The position numbers and the translations under genes were made by a program. Source: Candidatus Multivorans sp. (lineage in GTDB: Bacteria; Acidobacteriota; Thermoanaerobaculia; Multivoradales; Multivoraceae). From it: 64,000 nucleotides of DNA. Within the stretch, counting starts at the first letter, position 1, and every line of letters starts with the position of its first letter. Location of the stretch: assembly GCA_965238135.1 (NCBI GenBank), contig OZ250177.1, positions 2,336,599 to 2,400,598 on the forward strand, given 5' to 3'. Of this stretch, positions 29,553-39,536 are shown in pieces. The notes below the pieces were generated by a model that was not told the origin of the DNA, did no database searches, and saw only the letters and a list, made by a program, of their open reading frames with translations.

Positions 29553-30831
29553 CCGCGCACCTTCCCTCGGTAGTCCTCGAGCCGCCGACGGAGGGCTCGA
29601 AGCTCCGCCTCGCCGGTTCCGGCCCGCTCCAGTGTTTCGATCACCTGCTCGATCCGCCGTCCAGCGTCATCGTAGAGACCGGCGCCTGCAAGGGCGTCGG
29701 CCAGTTCCAATTGAAGCTGGACCATCAGATCACGCAGGTGGGGCTCGGAGGCGCCGGCGGCGGCCGCCCGGTCCAGCCGCTCAAGCGCGCGGCCGACATC
29801 GTTCGCTCTCATCGCCAGCATCGTGGTCACGAGCAGCATGTGAACATCGGCGGGATCGTCCGCCAGCACGCGCTCCGCCTCGACCGCCGCCTGCTCGAAG
29901 CGCCCGAGCTTGAACAGGGCGCCCGCCAGCACCGCGCGGCCGCCGGCAAGGCCGGCGTCGATTTCGAGCGCGCGCCGCGCCGACGCCGCCGCTTCCTGTG
30001 GCCGGTTCATCCGGTCGTACACGCCGGCGGCGGCAAAGTGGGCCTGGGCGTTGCCCGGTTCGAACTCGATCAGCCGGAGGAGTTCCGCGAGCGAGGCCTG
30101 CAACTGGCCCGTCTCCCGGTAGGTCTTGCTGCGACGAAGGAAGCTCTCCGAGTCCACCGCGAGGACGTCTACCTGGGCCCGGCGCGGGTCGCGGTGGTGG
30201 ATCATCGGCGGCAGGCCCCGCGCCGTCTGCGCCAGACGCCGCGCCCCGTCCCGATCGCCTGCCCGGTGACGGGCGCGCGACAGGGTGGCCACGATGGCCT
30301 GGGTTTCCGGACTCAACTGGTAGGCGCGGTCGAGATGTCGCACGGCCTGGTCGACCTCGCCGCGGGCGAGCGCCAGCCGGCCCAGGCCGAGATGCGCCAC
30401 CGCGTTGTCCGGTTCGAGACGGGCCGCCTGCTGGTAGTGGGCGTCGGCTTCACCGGTCTGGCCCACCTTCTCCAGGCTCGCGGCGAGCCGGACGCGCGCG
30501 GGCGCGTAGCCGGGATCGATCTCGACTGCCCGCCGGTAGAGGCGCACAGCGGCAGCCGGATCGTGGGCATCGGCGAGGACCGCTCGCAGGTAGACCCAGC
30601 GGAAGTCGGCGGGCGCGAGCCGGGAGGCTTCCCTGTAGACGACCCCGGCCTCGTCGTCGAACTGGTGAGCCTGGAGGACCATGCCGAGACGGCCCCAGGC
30701 CGCCGGCGACTCGGGTTGGCGGCCGGCGACTCGAAGTTCGGCCTCGATTGCGTCGCGAACCCGGGGTTCGACGGCGGTGAGGTCGGGTGTGGGAAGGTCG
30801 GCGGCAAACGCCGTGGTGGCGGCGAGGAACA
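29549..30831 (-). CDS. Secreted tetratricopeptide-repeat protein
   Basis: Signal peptide MFLAATTAFAA, then ~9 TPR units (recurrent A..Y/LG..xxxxGxxxxA patterns). ORF extends to 31006 but its first ~58 codons are translation of the intergenic repeat; start set to ATG 30831. Confidence 0.8.
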
Positions 30832-30855
30832 TCGCAGCGCCGGTGCCGAACAACC

Positions 30856-30995
30856 GGATGCGGGCGAGACGCCCGGGTTCCCAGGGCAGGATGCGGGCGA
30901 GACGCCCGCGTTCCATCCGTGCGCCCGATGACGGGCGTACGGAGTGGTTCACGAGTGGCGCGGTATCGCGCCACCCGGGTTCCCATGTATGGACA
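30856..30995. repeat. Structured intergenic repeat, copy B: a 34-bp mini-unit (termini fused) followed by a full ~105-bp unit
   Basis: GGATGCGGGCGAGACGCCCG occurs twice in tandem (30856, 30890); second unit matches copy A through GATGACGGGCG..GGAGTGGTTC..CCCGGGTTCCCA; lies between TPR and CRTAC1-like genes (same strand). Confidence 0.6.
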
Positions 30996-31002
30996 GCGAG
31001 GA

Positions 31003-32748
31003 TCACCGGCCCTCTCCGCGGGCCAGGACAACCTCGCGGCCGCTCGAAGCACCGTCGAACTCCTCGACGGCGCCGCCGGGCCAGGTCACCTCGAAGCGCT
31101 CGACACCGGTGGCGTCGCCGAGGCCAATGTGCATCGGCGCCTCGCCGCCGGTCAGGTAGCCGCCCAGGGGCAGCACGCGACGCCGAACCGGCCGGCCGGC
31201 GATCCAGGCGACGACCGAGGCGCCGAGGGCGGTGCGCCGCAGTTCGGGATCGACCGCCCGCAGACTCACCCAGCCTGCCGCTTCGGCAATCGACTCGTTC
31301 CGGTAGATGCGCGCCGGCCCCTCCAGGTTGCTGACCAGGAGGTCGAGGTCGCCGTCGCCCTCCAGGTCGAACGGCACCAGAGCCCGGCTCACGTCCAGCG
31401 CCGCACCGAAGTCGCCCGAGGCGGCGCTGACGTCGACGAAGGAACCCGCGCCGTCCCCCAGCATCAGCAGGTTCGGTTCCGCGTAGCCGCGCCAGAACCA
31501 GTCGTCACGGCCCGAGAGCGCAGCCGGCCGCCGCTTCACCGCGCCGTTGACCACGGCGAGGTCGAGGTCGCCGTCGTTGTCGGCGTCGAAGAACGCGGTG
31601 CCGAAGCCCGTGTACGGCGTACTCAGCGCGGCCAGGCCGGCCTCGGCCGCCCGGTCGTCGAAACCGTCGGATGCTCCCGGCGCGCCCCCGAGGTTCACGT
31701 ACAGGGTGTTCGTCTCCTCGATCAGGTGGCTCAGGAACAGGTCGAGGTCCCGGTCGCCGTCGATGTCACCCAGTGCTATGCCCATCCCCGCCTCGCCGAC
31801 ACCGAACCGATTGTAGGCCGCTCCCAGCAGCGCCGCGTCGTCCTCGAACGTGTCATCGCCCCGGTTGATCCAGAGTTGGTTCGGGTCGGCGTCATTGGCG
31901 ACGTAGACGTCGGTCCGGCCGTCGTCGTCGAAGTCGGCGGCCGCGACACCCAGGCCGGCGTCCGCGATCAGCGACACACCGGCATCCCGGCTGCGGTTGA
32001 CGAAGCGCTGCCCCCCCTCGTTGACGTAGAAGACATCCGCCTCGCCCTCGAACTGCTGCGGACCGCAGTAGTCGACCCGCCCGCCCTGCACCTGGCACTC
32101 GCGGGCCTCGTTCCACTGGACGTAGCGGGCCACGTAGAGATCGAGCCAGCCGTCGAGGTCGGCGTCGAAGAACACCGCAGAGGTGGACCATGCAGGCGTT
32201 GCCAAACCGAGGGCAGCCGTGGCGTCGGAAAAGCGGCCGCCGCCCTCGTTCCGGTAGAGGACATCGGCGCCGAAGTTCGTCACGTAGAGGTCGAGATCGC
32301 CGTCGTTGTCGATGTCGGCCACGGCGGCGCCCATGCCGTACCCCGGGTTGTCGAGCCCGGAGCCCGCGGTCGCGTCGACGAAGCGGCCGCGCGGCCGCTG
32401 CAGGTAGAGGCGGTTGCGCCCCGCCTCGCCGGCTATCTCGCTGCCCGCGTTCGGGAAGTAGAGGTCGAGCAGACCGTCGGCGTCGGCATCGAACACCGCC
32501 ACGCCGCCGCCCATGATCGCCGGCATCGGGTACGACCCCGCCGACCCGGTCGCGTGGATGAAGTCGAGGCCGGTCTCGGCGGTCACGTCGACGAAGCGGA
32601 CGCCGGCCGGCGTCGCCGCATCCTTCGGCGTGGACGGAGCCTCGGCTGTGACGGAGGCCGGATCCCCGTCTGCCTGGGCGCAGTTCCAGGCCGCCAACAA
32701 AGTGGCGCCGAGGACGAGAGGTCTCATCCACGCCGGCGTGGAGATCAT
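31003..32748 (-). CDS. FG-GAP repeat / ASPIC-UnbV domain protein (CRTAC1 family), secreted
   Basis: Signal peptide; repeated FDADxDGxLDLYV/DxDGDGDLDL calcium-binding beta-propeller blades; C-terminal UnbV_ASPIC-like segment; commonly paired with TPR proteins. Confidence 0.85.
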   Translation of the reverse strand: MISTPAWMRPLVLGATLLAAWNCAQADGDPASVTAEAPSTPKDAATPAGVRFVDVTAETGLDFIHATGSAGSYPMPAIMGGGVAVFDADADGLLDLYFPNAGSEIAGEAGRNRLYLQRPRGRFVDATAGSGLDNPGYGMGAAVADIDNDGDLDLYVTNFGADVLYRNEGGGRFSDATAALGLATPAWSTSAVFFDADLDGWLDLYVARYVQWNEARECQVQGGRVDYCGPQQFEGEADVFYVNEGGQRFVNRSRDAGVSLIADAGLGVAAADFDDDGRTDVYVANDADPNQLWINRGDDTFEDDAALLGAAYNRFGVGEAGMGIALGDIDGDRDLDLFLSHLIEETNTLYVNLGGAPGASDGFDDRAAEAGLAALSTPYTGFGTAFFDADNDGDLDLAVVNGAVKRRPAALSGRDDWFWRGYAEPNLLMLGDGAGSFVDVSAASGDFGAALDVSRALVPFDLEGDGDLDLLVSNLEGPARIYRNESIAEAAGWVSLRAVDPELRRTALGASVVAWIAGRPVRRRVLPLGGYLTGGEAPMHIGLGDATGVERFEVTWPGGAVEEFDGASSGREVVLARGEGR

Positions 32749-33470
32749 CAGTTCACCCCGAGGGCCGGAGCAGCCTCCAACCGCCGGCGCCGACGGGCGT
32801 AGCGCTGGATCATTCCCAGCATCGTCCCCTCGTCGTGGATGCCGCAGAGCGGAAAGGCGTCGAACATCAGCGTCGGCGCGCCCTCGACGCCGGCGGCTAC
32901 CGCGCTCCTCGTGGCTGCCGCCAAGCGGCGGCCGGCGGCAAGGTCGTCAACCGAGGCGACGCCGTGCGTCCCGAAGTGGCCGCGACGCTCGAAGTCGTGG
33001 AACAGCCGTTCGGCTGCGTCTACGGGCCGGCCCGGGGCCACGGCGTCCTGCTCGTGGAACGCCTCAAACACCGCCTGCCGCCACTCCCGCTCAACGGCCG
33101 GGTCAAGCCCGCGGTCGATCGCCATATCGAGCGTCACCGCGACCTCTCCGGCCAGGCGCGAGTCCGGCCAGCGAGCGGGCGGATCAAGTTCGACGTCAAG
33201 CGCCGCCGAGACCTCGATCAGACTCCGCCGCCGCTCGGGATCGAGCAGCCGCCCCCGCTGAAAGCGGCCGATCCCGGTCAGATCGATGGCCTTCCAGCGC
33301 AGCTCGATCCGTTCCTCCGCAAGCTCCTGGTCGATCCGCGCCAGCACCCGGTGGGCAACGTAGCTCAGGCAGGACGAGAAGTCGTAGTACACGAAGACCT
33401 CGAGCGGCGAATCGCCGGAGCCCCGTATGTCCTCCCCGCTCAAGTCCCGTACCCTTCCGGGTTGTCGCAC
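32748..33470 (-). CDS. DsbA-like thioredoxin-fold protein (2-hydroxychromene-2-carboxylate isomerase/FrnE-like)
   Basis: N-terminal VFVYYDFSSCLSYVA motif typical of HCCA-isomerase/DsbA-like family; stop overlaps ATG of the CRTAC1-like gene by 1 nt (TGATG); start uncertain because 33470 overlaps galE 3' end by 31 nt. Confidence 0.7.
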   Translation of the reverse strand: MRQPGRVRDLSGEDIRGSGDSPLEVFVYYDFSSCLSYVAHRVLARIDQELAEERIELRWKAIDLTGIGRFQRGRLLDPERRRSLIEVSAALDVELDPPARWPDSRLAGEVAVTLDMAIDRGLDPAVEREWRQAVFEAFHEQDAVAPGRPVDAAERLFHDFERRGHFGTHGVASVDDLAAGRRLAAATRSAVAAGVEGAPTLMFDAFPLCGIHDEGTMLGMIQRYARRRRRLEAAPALGVN

Positions 33471-34465
33471 TGCCAGCGCCAGGCGTCGGCACAGATGTCA
33501 TCGAGATCGCGCTCCGCCTTCCAGTTCAGGTCGCGTTCGGCAAGCGCCGGATCCGCCCAGACTGCCGTTGCGTCACCTGGGCGCCGGGGCTCCAACGCAC
33601 ACGGAACCTCATGGCCGCTGGCCCGGCGGACGGCATCGACCACTTCGAACACCGTGGCGCCGCGACCTGTGCCCAGGTTGTACTCGGCGCAGCCGGCAAC
33701 GGCCGGCAGATGGTCCAGGGCCCGCAAGTGCCCGGTCGCGACATCCACCACATGGAGATAGTCGCGGATCGCCGTGCCGTCGCGGGTCGGATAGTCGGTA
33801 CCGAAGACGCGGAGCCTCGGCAGCCTCCCCACCGCGACCTGCATCGCGCTCGGCAGCAGGTTCTCCGGCACACCGCGCGGGCCCTCGCCGACCCGGCCGC
33901 TCGGATGAGCCCCGGCGGGATTGAAGTAGCGCAGCGACAAGATGTGCCATCCGTCCTCCGACGCCGCGAGGTCGCGGAGCATCTGCTCGACGCAGAGCTT
34001 CGTGTACCCGTAGGGGTTCGACGCCGCAAGCGGCGCGCTCTCGGCAAGCGGGCACGCCTCCGGCGCCGGGTCGCCATAGACCGTCGCCGACGACGAGAAC
34101 ACGAGCCGGCGCACGTCGCGGCGCCGCATCGCCCGCAGCAGACTGAGCGTACCGCCCACATTCGTGCGGTAGTAGCCGAGCGGATCCGCGCAGGACTCGC
34201 CAACCGCCTTCCTCGCGGCGAAGTGGATCACCGCCGCGCAGCCGCCGTCACCAAACGCCTCGTCCAGCGCCGCGTCGTCCAGTACGTCCCCCTCGACGAA
34301 CCGCAGCCCGCGTCCGGCCAGCTCCTCCACCCGCCGCAGAGCCTCCCGCGAACTGTTCGACAGGTCGTCGATAACCGTCACGTCCCAGCCCGCCGCCAGC
34401 AGCTCGACGCAGGTGTGACTACCGATGAAACCGGCGCCGCCGGTTACCAGGACGCGCTCCGCCAT
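33440..34465 (-). CDS. galE: UDP-glucose 4-epimerase
   Basis: VLVTGGAGFIGSH NAD motif, SSSATVYG, YGYTK catalytic YxxxK, full GalE length; start at ATG 34465 (ORF opens 34522). Confidence 0.9.
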   Translation of the reverse strand: MAERVLVTGGAGFIGSHTCVELLAAGWDVTVIDDLSNSSREALRRVEELAGRGLRFVEGDVLDDAALDEAFGDGGCAAVIHFAARKAVGESCADPLGYYRTNVGGTLSLLRAMRRRDVRRLVFSSSATVYGDPAPEACPLAESAPLAASNPYGYTKLCVEQMLRDLAASEDGWHILSLRYFNPAGAHPSGRVGEGPRGVPENLLPSAMQVAVGRLPRLRVFGTDYPTRDGTAIRDYLHVVDVATGHLRALDHLPAVAGCAEYNLGTGRGATVFEVVDAVRRASGHEVPCALEPRRPGDATAVWADPALAERDLNWKAERDLDDICADAWRWQCDNPEGYGT

Positions 34466-34520
34466 AGGCGGGAGTCTATTGGCGGCGCCCGACCAGTAGA
34501 CTGCCTCCCGAGGCGGCAAC

Positions 34521-34910
34521 ATGGCACAGCGATCGCAGGACTGGTGGAATCAGGCACAGCGCGACCTGGAAACCGCCGGGGAGAACCGAGCGAACGGCCG
34601 TCACGAATGGGCCTGCTTCGCCGCTCACCAGGCAGCGGAGAAGGCCGTGAAGGCGTTGCATCTTGCCCACGGCCAAGAGGCCTGGGGGCATGTCGTGGCC
34701 CGCCTCCTCAGCGACCTGCCGACACCGGCGCCCGAAGAACTCGTCGCCAGCGGTAAGGTACTGGACAACTTCTACGTCCCGGCCCGGTATCCGAACGGAC
34801 ATCCCGAAGGCGCGCCGTTCGAGCACTACGGTCCAATCCAGAGCGAACTGGGGCTGACTCATGCCGGTTACATCCTCGACTTCGTCGATCAAGCGCTGGC
34901 CGAGCGCTGA
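34521..34910 (+). CDS. HEPN domain protein (classical HEPN, PF05168-like), toxin-type partner
   Basis: QAQRDLETAGE...AHQAAEKAVKAL HEPN helices and RYPNGH = R-x4-H motif; followed by MNT gene. Confidence 0.8.
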   Translation: MAQRSQDWWNQAQRDLETAGENRANGRHEWACFAAHQAAEKAVKALHLAHGQEAWGHVVARLLSDLPTPAPEELVASGKVLDNFYVPARYPNGHPEGAPFEHYGPIQSELGLTHAGYILDFVDQALAER

Positions 34911-35223
34911 TGTCGTTCTCGGGGCCCTGAAGGAGTGGGGCGCCCGAGCGGCCGAGCGTCGAGACGATCTCGTGGCCCTCGGCTACTTCGGCTCCTACGC
35001 CCGTGGCGACGCGGGCTTCGCCAGCGACCTTGATCTGATCGCGATTGTCCTGCGGGACGATCGGCCCGCGATGGACAGAGCCGGTGACTGGTCGACGGAG
35101 AAGCTGCCCATTCCCACCGATCTGCTCGTGTACACCGCCCACGAGTGGGAGCGCCTGCAAGCCGAGGATGGCCGTTTCGCGCGGACGCTCAATGCCGAGG
35201 CGCGGTGGCTCTTGAAGCGCTGA
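34861..35223 (+). CDS. Minimal nucleotidyltransferase (MNT), partner of upstream HEPN
   Basis: GSYARGDAGFASDLDLIAI = GS-x9-DxD motif; the only ATG/GTG start is 34861, giving a 50-nt overlap with the HEPN gene. Confidence 0.75.
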   Translation: MPVTSSTSSIKRWPSADVVLGALKEWGARAAERRDDLVALGYFGSYARGDAGFASDLDLIAIVLRDDRPAMDRAGDWSTEKLPIPTDLLVYTAHEWERLQAEDGRFARTLNAEARWLLKR

Positions 35224-35271
35224 CGCCCGGTCGCCGGGACTTCTCGCCTTCACGCGCCAACGCCGCAAGGA

Positions 35272-37823
35272 TCATTGATCCACCGGCGCTCGCACTGCGA
35301 GCGTCACCTCCAGGTCGCCGCCGACCAGGTCGACATTCGAGGAGCCCACTACCATCTCGGCCGACACATCGGTACCGGGCGGCCGTACCTCCAACCGGTA
35401 CTGCACCGCGAAGAGACCATCGAGCACGAAGGTGCCGTCTTCCGCGGTGCGGGTGGACATCCGTCGCCTGGCGGCGTTCGCTACCTCGGCCAGGTCCGCA
35501 CTCTGCGATGGCACGGCGGCGATCCGCATGCCGGCCGCCGGCAGACCCGTCTCGGCGTCCAGCAGCCGGCCCCGCACCGTGGCGGTCCTCGCGTCTAGAT
35601 CGACCCGCGCCGTCTCCGTCACCCGGACTGTTCGGCGTTCACCTACCGCGGCAACCGAGATCTCGTCGCCGACATTGAGGTCGCCGACTACGAAGGCGCC
35701 CCGGTGGTCCGTTTGCACAGTCCAGGTCAACGCCCGCCGCTGGTCGCTCACGAAGACCGTTTCGCCGGCCAGCGGCCAACCGTCAAGGGTCACCGTGCCT
35801 TCGACCCGTCCCTGACGGTCCGCAAACGAGATGTCGACCTCCGTCACGCCGCCCGGTGCAAGCTGAAGCGGAGCACGGCGCGACCGGTCAGCCACCGTGG
35901 CGATGGCGACCACGGTGGCGTCCTTCCAGTCCCCGATCTGCGCTTCGAACACCGGCTCGGCCTCGGTCCCGCCAGCTATGCGTCTCATGCCGAGCCCCAT
36001 TGTCCCGCCCTGCCCGAACGAAGCCCGGACGGATACTCCGACCTCCAAGGCCTCGGCGTGGGTCAGGCCCAGAACCCGGACCCTGAGCAGCCGGGGCGCC
36101 GGCACCGTCAGCTCCACGTAGGGCTGGTCACCCGCAATAGCCGACACTTCGACCTCCGGTCCCTGCGCGTTGTCCCGGCGCGCTCTCAACCGGTAGCGGC
36201 CGGGTTCTATCTGAAACTCGAAATCACCTTCCGGACCGGTTTGTGCATCCCCCCGGCCGTAAGAGAACCGAAGCCCGTCCCCGCGCCATGCATCCACCGA
36301 GGCAGCCGGCACGGGCATTCCATTCTGCCCTGTCACCCGACCGCGTACGGTAACCGGCGTCACGTCGATCGTGATCTCACCGAGAGACGCGGTGACGTCG
36401 ATGTCGCGCCGGCTCGGCCGCGTCAGGCCAGGAACGCTGCACTCGAGACTCACCAATCCCGGCGAGGCTCTAAGAGCGAACCGGCCCGAAGCATCCGTGA
36501 CCGAAACAGCCGACCGGATCGACACCGACGCCCCTGCGACCGCCGCGCCGTCACGGATGACGACGCCCAAAACGTCGATCTCAGGCTCGGGGCTCAGGAC
36601 GAGTTCGAGCGGATTCGACGGCACCTCGGCCAAGGAACGCTCGAGACGCTTGTAACCGCCGGCGCGCGCGGTGAGAACTCCCGCGCCCGCGGGGAATCCG
36701 CTCAGGACGAAGTCGCCGTTCCGGTCGGATTCAGTCCCAGCATCGCCGTCCGGAACCGTCTGATCGAACCGGATGCGGGCGCCTTCGATTCCTTCGCCGG
36801 TCACTTCGTCCGCTACCCGTCCGCTCAGTTCCATCGCCTTCCGAAGCCGAACTTCGACTTCTTCGGCGTCCAGGGAGGCATCCACCGCCACCCGCTGCAA
36901 GCGGGCGTTCACGAAGCCTGGCGCCCGGACCGACAGGGAGACGGCGTGGCCGGGCGCCAACCCTGCGACGCGGAAGCGGCCACCCGTGTCGACGCCCACG
37001 TCGGCGATCCTCTCGCTGCCCACGCCCATCGTGAATCTGGAGGCGGTGCCGAAGTCGACCGTGGCGCCGGCCACCGGCGCGCCGTCCTCGTCGACCACCC
37101 GGCCACCGGCGCACCGTTCCGCCTCAGGACACCCTCGACGATCGGCGCGAGCGTTTCCTCGAGCTCCACGGCGACGCTGCCGCCGGAATCGCACTCGACC
37201 GCCTCGGGCTCGTACCCCGGAGCGCCGACCGCCAGCCTCACGTAGTCCCGCCGCACCCCGGACTCGTAGCGGCTCCTTCTTCCAGCCTCGAACTCGTAGC
37301 GGACGGCCTTGCCGGCCTCGATCCCGCGCAAGGGCGGCCACGTACTCCAGCGGCTCGAGAAGCGAAGGCCGCGCGGACTCTGGCCCGCCATGACCCAGGC
37401 GCTGACCGGCGCCACCAAGGTCAAGGTGCAGAAGGAACTCCTGCCGAACTCCACCGGCGGGAGGAGCGTGTCCGTCTCCGGACCAACCAGCAGAAGAGCC
37501 CTTGAAGCAGAGCCTCGTTGTCCCACCCTGACCCAGCGAGCCCCAGGCTCGTCAACCTCGAACGCAAATCGCCCGTCCAGAGCCTGAACCGCCGCTTCCA
37601 CCGGATAGAGACCCACCGGATCGTCACCGAGGACCGCGGCCAGCAGGTCGTACAGCGGCGGCGCCGGCACCAGCGAAACCTTCACCGACGCGCCGTCCGG
37701 CAGGCCCTCAATCGAGCCCCGCACCTCCACCGACGCCATGGCACTGCCGGCCGCGAGCACTGCCGTCACCAGTCCCGTCGCGGCAGCCACGGAACACCCG
37801 CCGTTCAAGACGCGATACCGCAT
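35272..37823 (-). pseudogene. Secreted multi-domain carboxypeptidase-regulatory-like (CarbopepD_reg) repeat protein, interrupted by a 1-nt frameshift near 37100 (authentic pseudogene or sequencing error)
   Basis: ORF 36909..37823 has signal peptide and ends ...VEGVLRRNGAPVAG then runs into junk. ORF 35272..37341 has an Arg-rich junk N-terminus and becomes a CarbopepD_reg repeat protein from RVVDEDGAPVAGATV (nt 37101) onward. The two frames join at GGCCGGGTGG (G-run). Confidence 0.6.
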
Positions 37824-37945
37824 GAGTCCTCCCCTCGCAGTAGCTACGAATCTACCGAACGACCTGTCCAGACCCGCCCCCCGGCGCGCAGACGCCTGAC
37901 GGCGGTGCTACGATCGCGCGCCGGATTCTGGAAGGAAACCAAGCC

Positions 37946-38926
37946 ATGCAGACACCCGTTCGAGTCGCCGTCACCGGAGCCGCCGGTCAGATCGGCTATT
38001 CGCTGATCTTCCGTATCGCCGCCGGCGAGATGCTGGGGCCGAACCAGCCGGTAAGCCTCCATCTATTGGAGATCCCGCCGGCGATGGACACCCTCGCGGG
38101 CGTGGTCATGGAGCTCCGCGATTCGGCCTATCCGCTGCTCCACGACGTGGTCACCAGTTCCGACGCGAACGAGGCCTTCGACGGCGTGGACATCGCCATG
38201 CTGGTCGGCGCACGGCCGCGCGGACCGGGCATGGAGCGCAAGGATCTGCTGCAGGCGAACGCCCAGATCTTCTCGGTCCAGGGCAAGGCGATCGATCAGG
38301 GCGCCAGCCGCGACGTGCGGGTCGTCGTAGTAGGCAACCCGGCGAACACGAACGCCCTGATCGCGGCCAGCAACGCACCGAGCCTCGACCGGAGGCAGTT
38401 CACTGCGATGACCCGGCTCGACCACAACCGCGCGATCAGCCAGCTCGCCGAGAAGACCGGCGCCCACACCACCCAGGTGCGCCGGATGACGATCTGGGGC
38501 AACCACTCGGCGACCCAGTACCCCGATCTCACGCACGCCCTCGCCTTTGGCCGGCCGGCGCCGGAACTGGTCGACGAGGCCTGGACCCGCGATGAGTTCA
38601 TTCCCACCGTGCAGCAACGCGGCGCGGCGATCATCAAGGCCCGCGGCGCCTCGTCGGCGGCCTCCGCGGTCGCCGCGGCGATCGACCACGTCCGCACCTG
38701 GGTCCAGGGCACCGCCGACGGCGACTGGGTGAGCATGGCGATCCCGGCCGACGGCAGCTACGGGGCCCGGGAAGGCGTGGTCTATTCCTTCCCGGTCACC
38801 ACGAGCGGCGGCGACTACCAGATCGTCCAGGGCCTCGACATCGACGAGTTCAGCCGCGGGCGGATGAAGGCGACGCTGGACGAGTTGTTCGAAGAGCGCG
38901 CCGGCGTCGAAGAACTCCTTCCGTAG
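37946..38926 (+). CDS. mdh: Malate dehydrogenase (LDH-like, NAD-dependent)
   Basis: [14 protein letters not shown] Rossmann motif, catalytic His/Arg region (MTRLDHNRA), 326 aa. Confidence 0.95.
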   Translation: MQTPVRVAVTGAAGQIGYSLIFRIAAGEMLGPNQPVSLHLLEIPPAMDTLAGVVMELRDSAYPLLHDVVTSSDANEAFDGVDIAMLVGARPRGPGMERKDLLQANAQIFSVQGKAIDQGASRDVRVVVVGNPANTNALIAASNAPSLDRRQFTAMTRLDHNRAISQLAEKTGAHTTQVRRMTIWGNHSATQYPDLTHALAFGRPAPELVDEAWTRDEFIPTVQQRGAAIIKARGASSAASAVAAAIDHVRTWVQGTADGDWVSMAIPADGSYGAREGVVYSFPVTTSGGDYQIVQGLDIDEFSRGRMKATLDELFEERAGVEELLP

Positions 38927-38995
38927 GGGACTGCCCATCATGCGGCGTTATGCTGGCGCGGCGTCCACTTCCAACCGCCCAACACAGAGGACACG

Positions 38996-39523
38996 ATGGA
39001 CCAGACCCTCCACGACCGTCTGAACGCACACCTCCAACTCGAGTTCGAAGCCGCCCACCGCTACCTGTCCATGGCGCTCTGGCTCGAGCGCATGGACCTC
39101 CCGGGCTTCGGCGCCTGGCTGCGCGGCCAGTCCGCCGACGAACTCGGTCACGCCCACCGCATCATCGACCACCTCGCCGACCGCGACCTGCTGGTCAAGA
39201 TCCCCGAGATTCCGGCGCAGCCGACCGAGTGGGAGTCGCCCGAGGCCGCGGTCGCCGGGATCCTCGAAAGCGAGCAGAACGTCACCCACGCGATCGAGGA
39301 GCTCTACGATCTCGCCGAAAGCCTGCACGACCGCGCCGCATCGATCATGCTCCAGTGGTTCATCAACGAGCAGGTCGAAGAGGAGAACGTCGCCCGAACC
39401 CTGCTCGGCAGGTTGCGGCTGATCAAGGGCGACGGCGTCGGTATGCTGATGATTGATCAGGAACTGGCCACGGGCACCGTGCCCGGCGCGATGGCGGCAG
39501 CCGGCGCCAGCGGCGCCGAATGA
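38996..39523 (+). CDS. ftnA: Bacterial non-haem ferritin
   Basis: Ferritin ferroxidase-site helices (QLEFEAAHRYL, DELGHAHRIIDHL, ESEQNVTHAI, WFINEQVEEE). Confidence 0.85.
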   Translation: MDQTLHDRLNAHLQLEFEAAHRYLSMALWLERMDLPGFGAWLRGQSADELGHAHRIIDHLADRDLLVKIPEIPAQPTEWESPEAAVAGILESEQNVTHAIEELYDLAESLHDRAASIMLQWFINEQVEEENVARTLLGRLRLIKGDGVGMLMIDQELATGTVPGAMAAAGASGAE

Positions 39524-39536
39524 CACCAGGAGCGGA

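Noticed and set aside
30787-32802. 671-aa plus-strand ORF, and similarly 32513..34756 (747 aa)
   Set aside because: Antisense to the CRTAC1-like, DsbA-like and galE genes; Arg/Pro/Gly-rich, no domains.
35704-37245. 513-aa plus-strand ORF
   Set aside because: Antisense to the CarbopepD_reg repeat protein gene.
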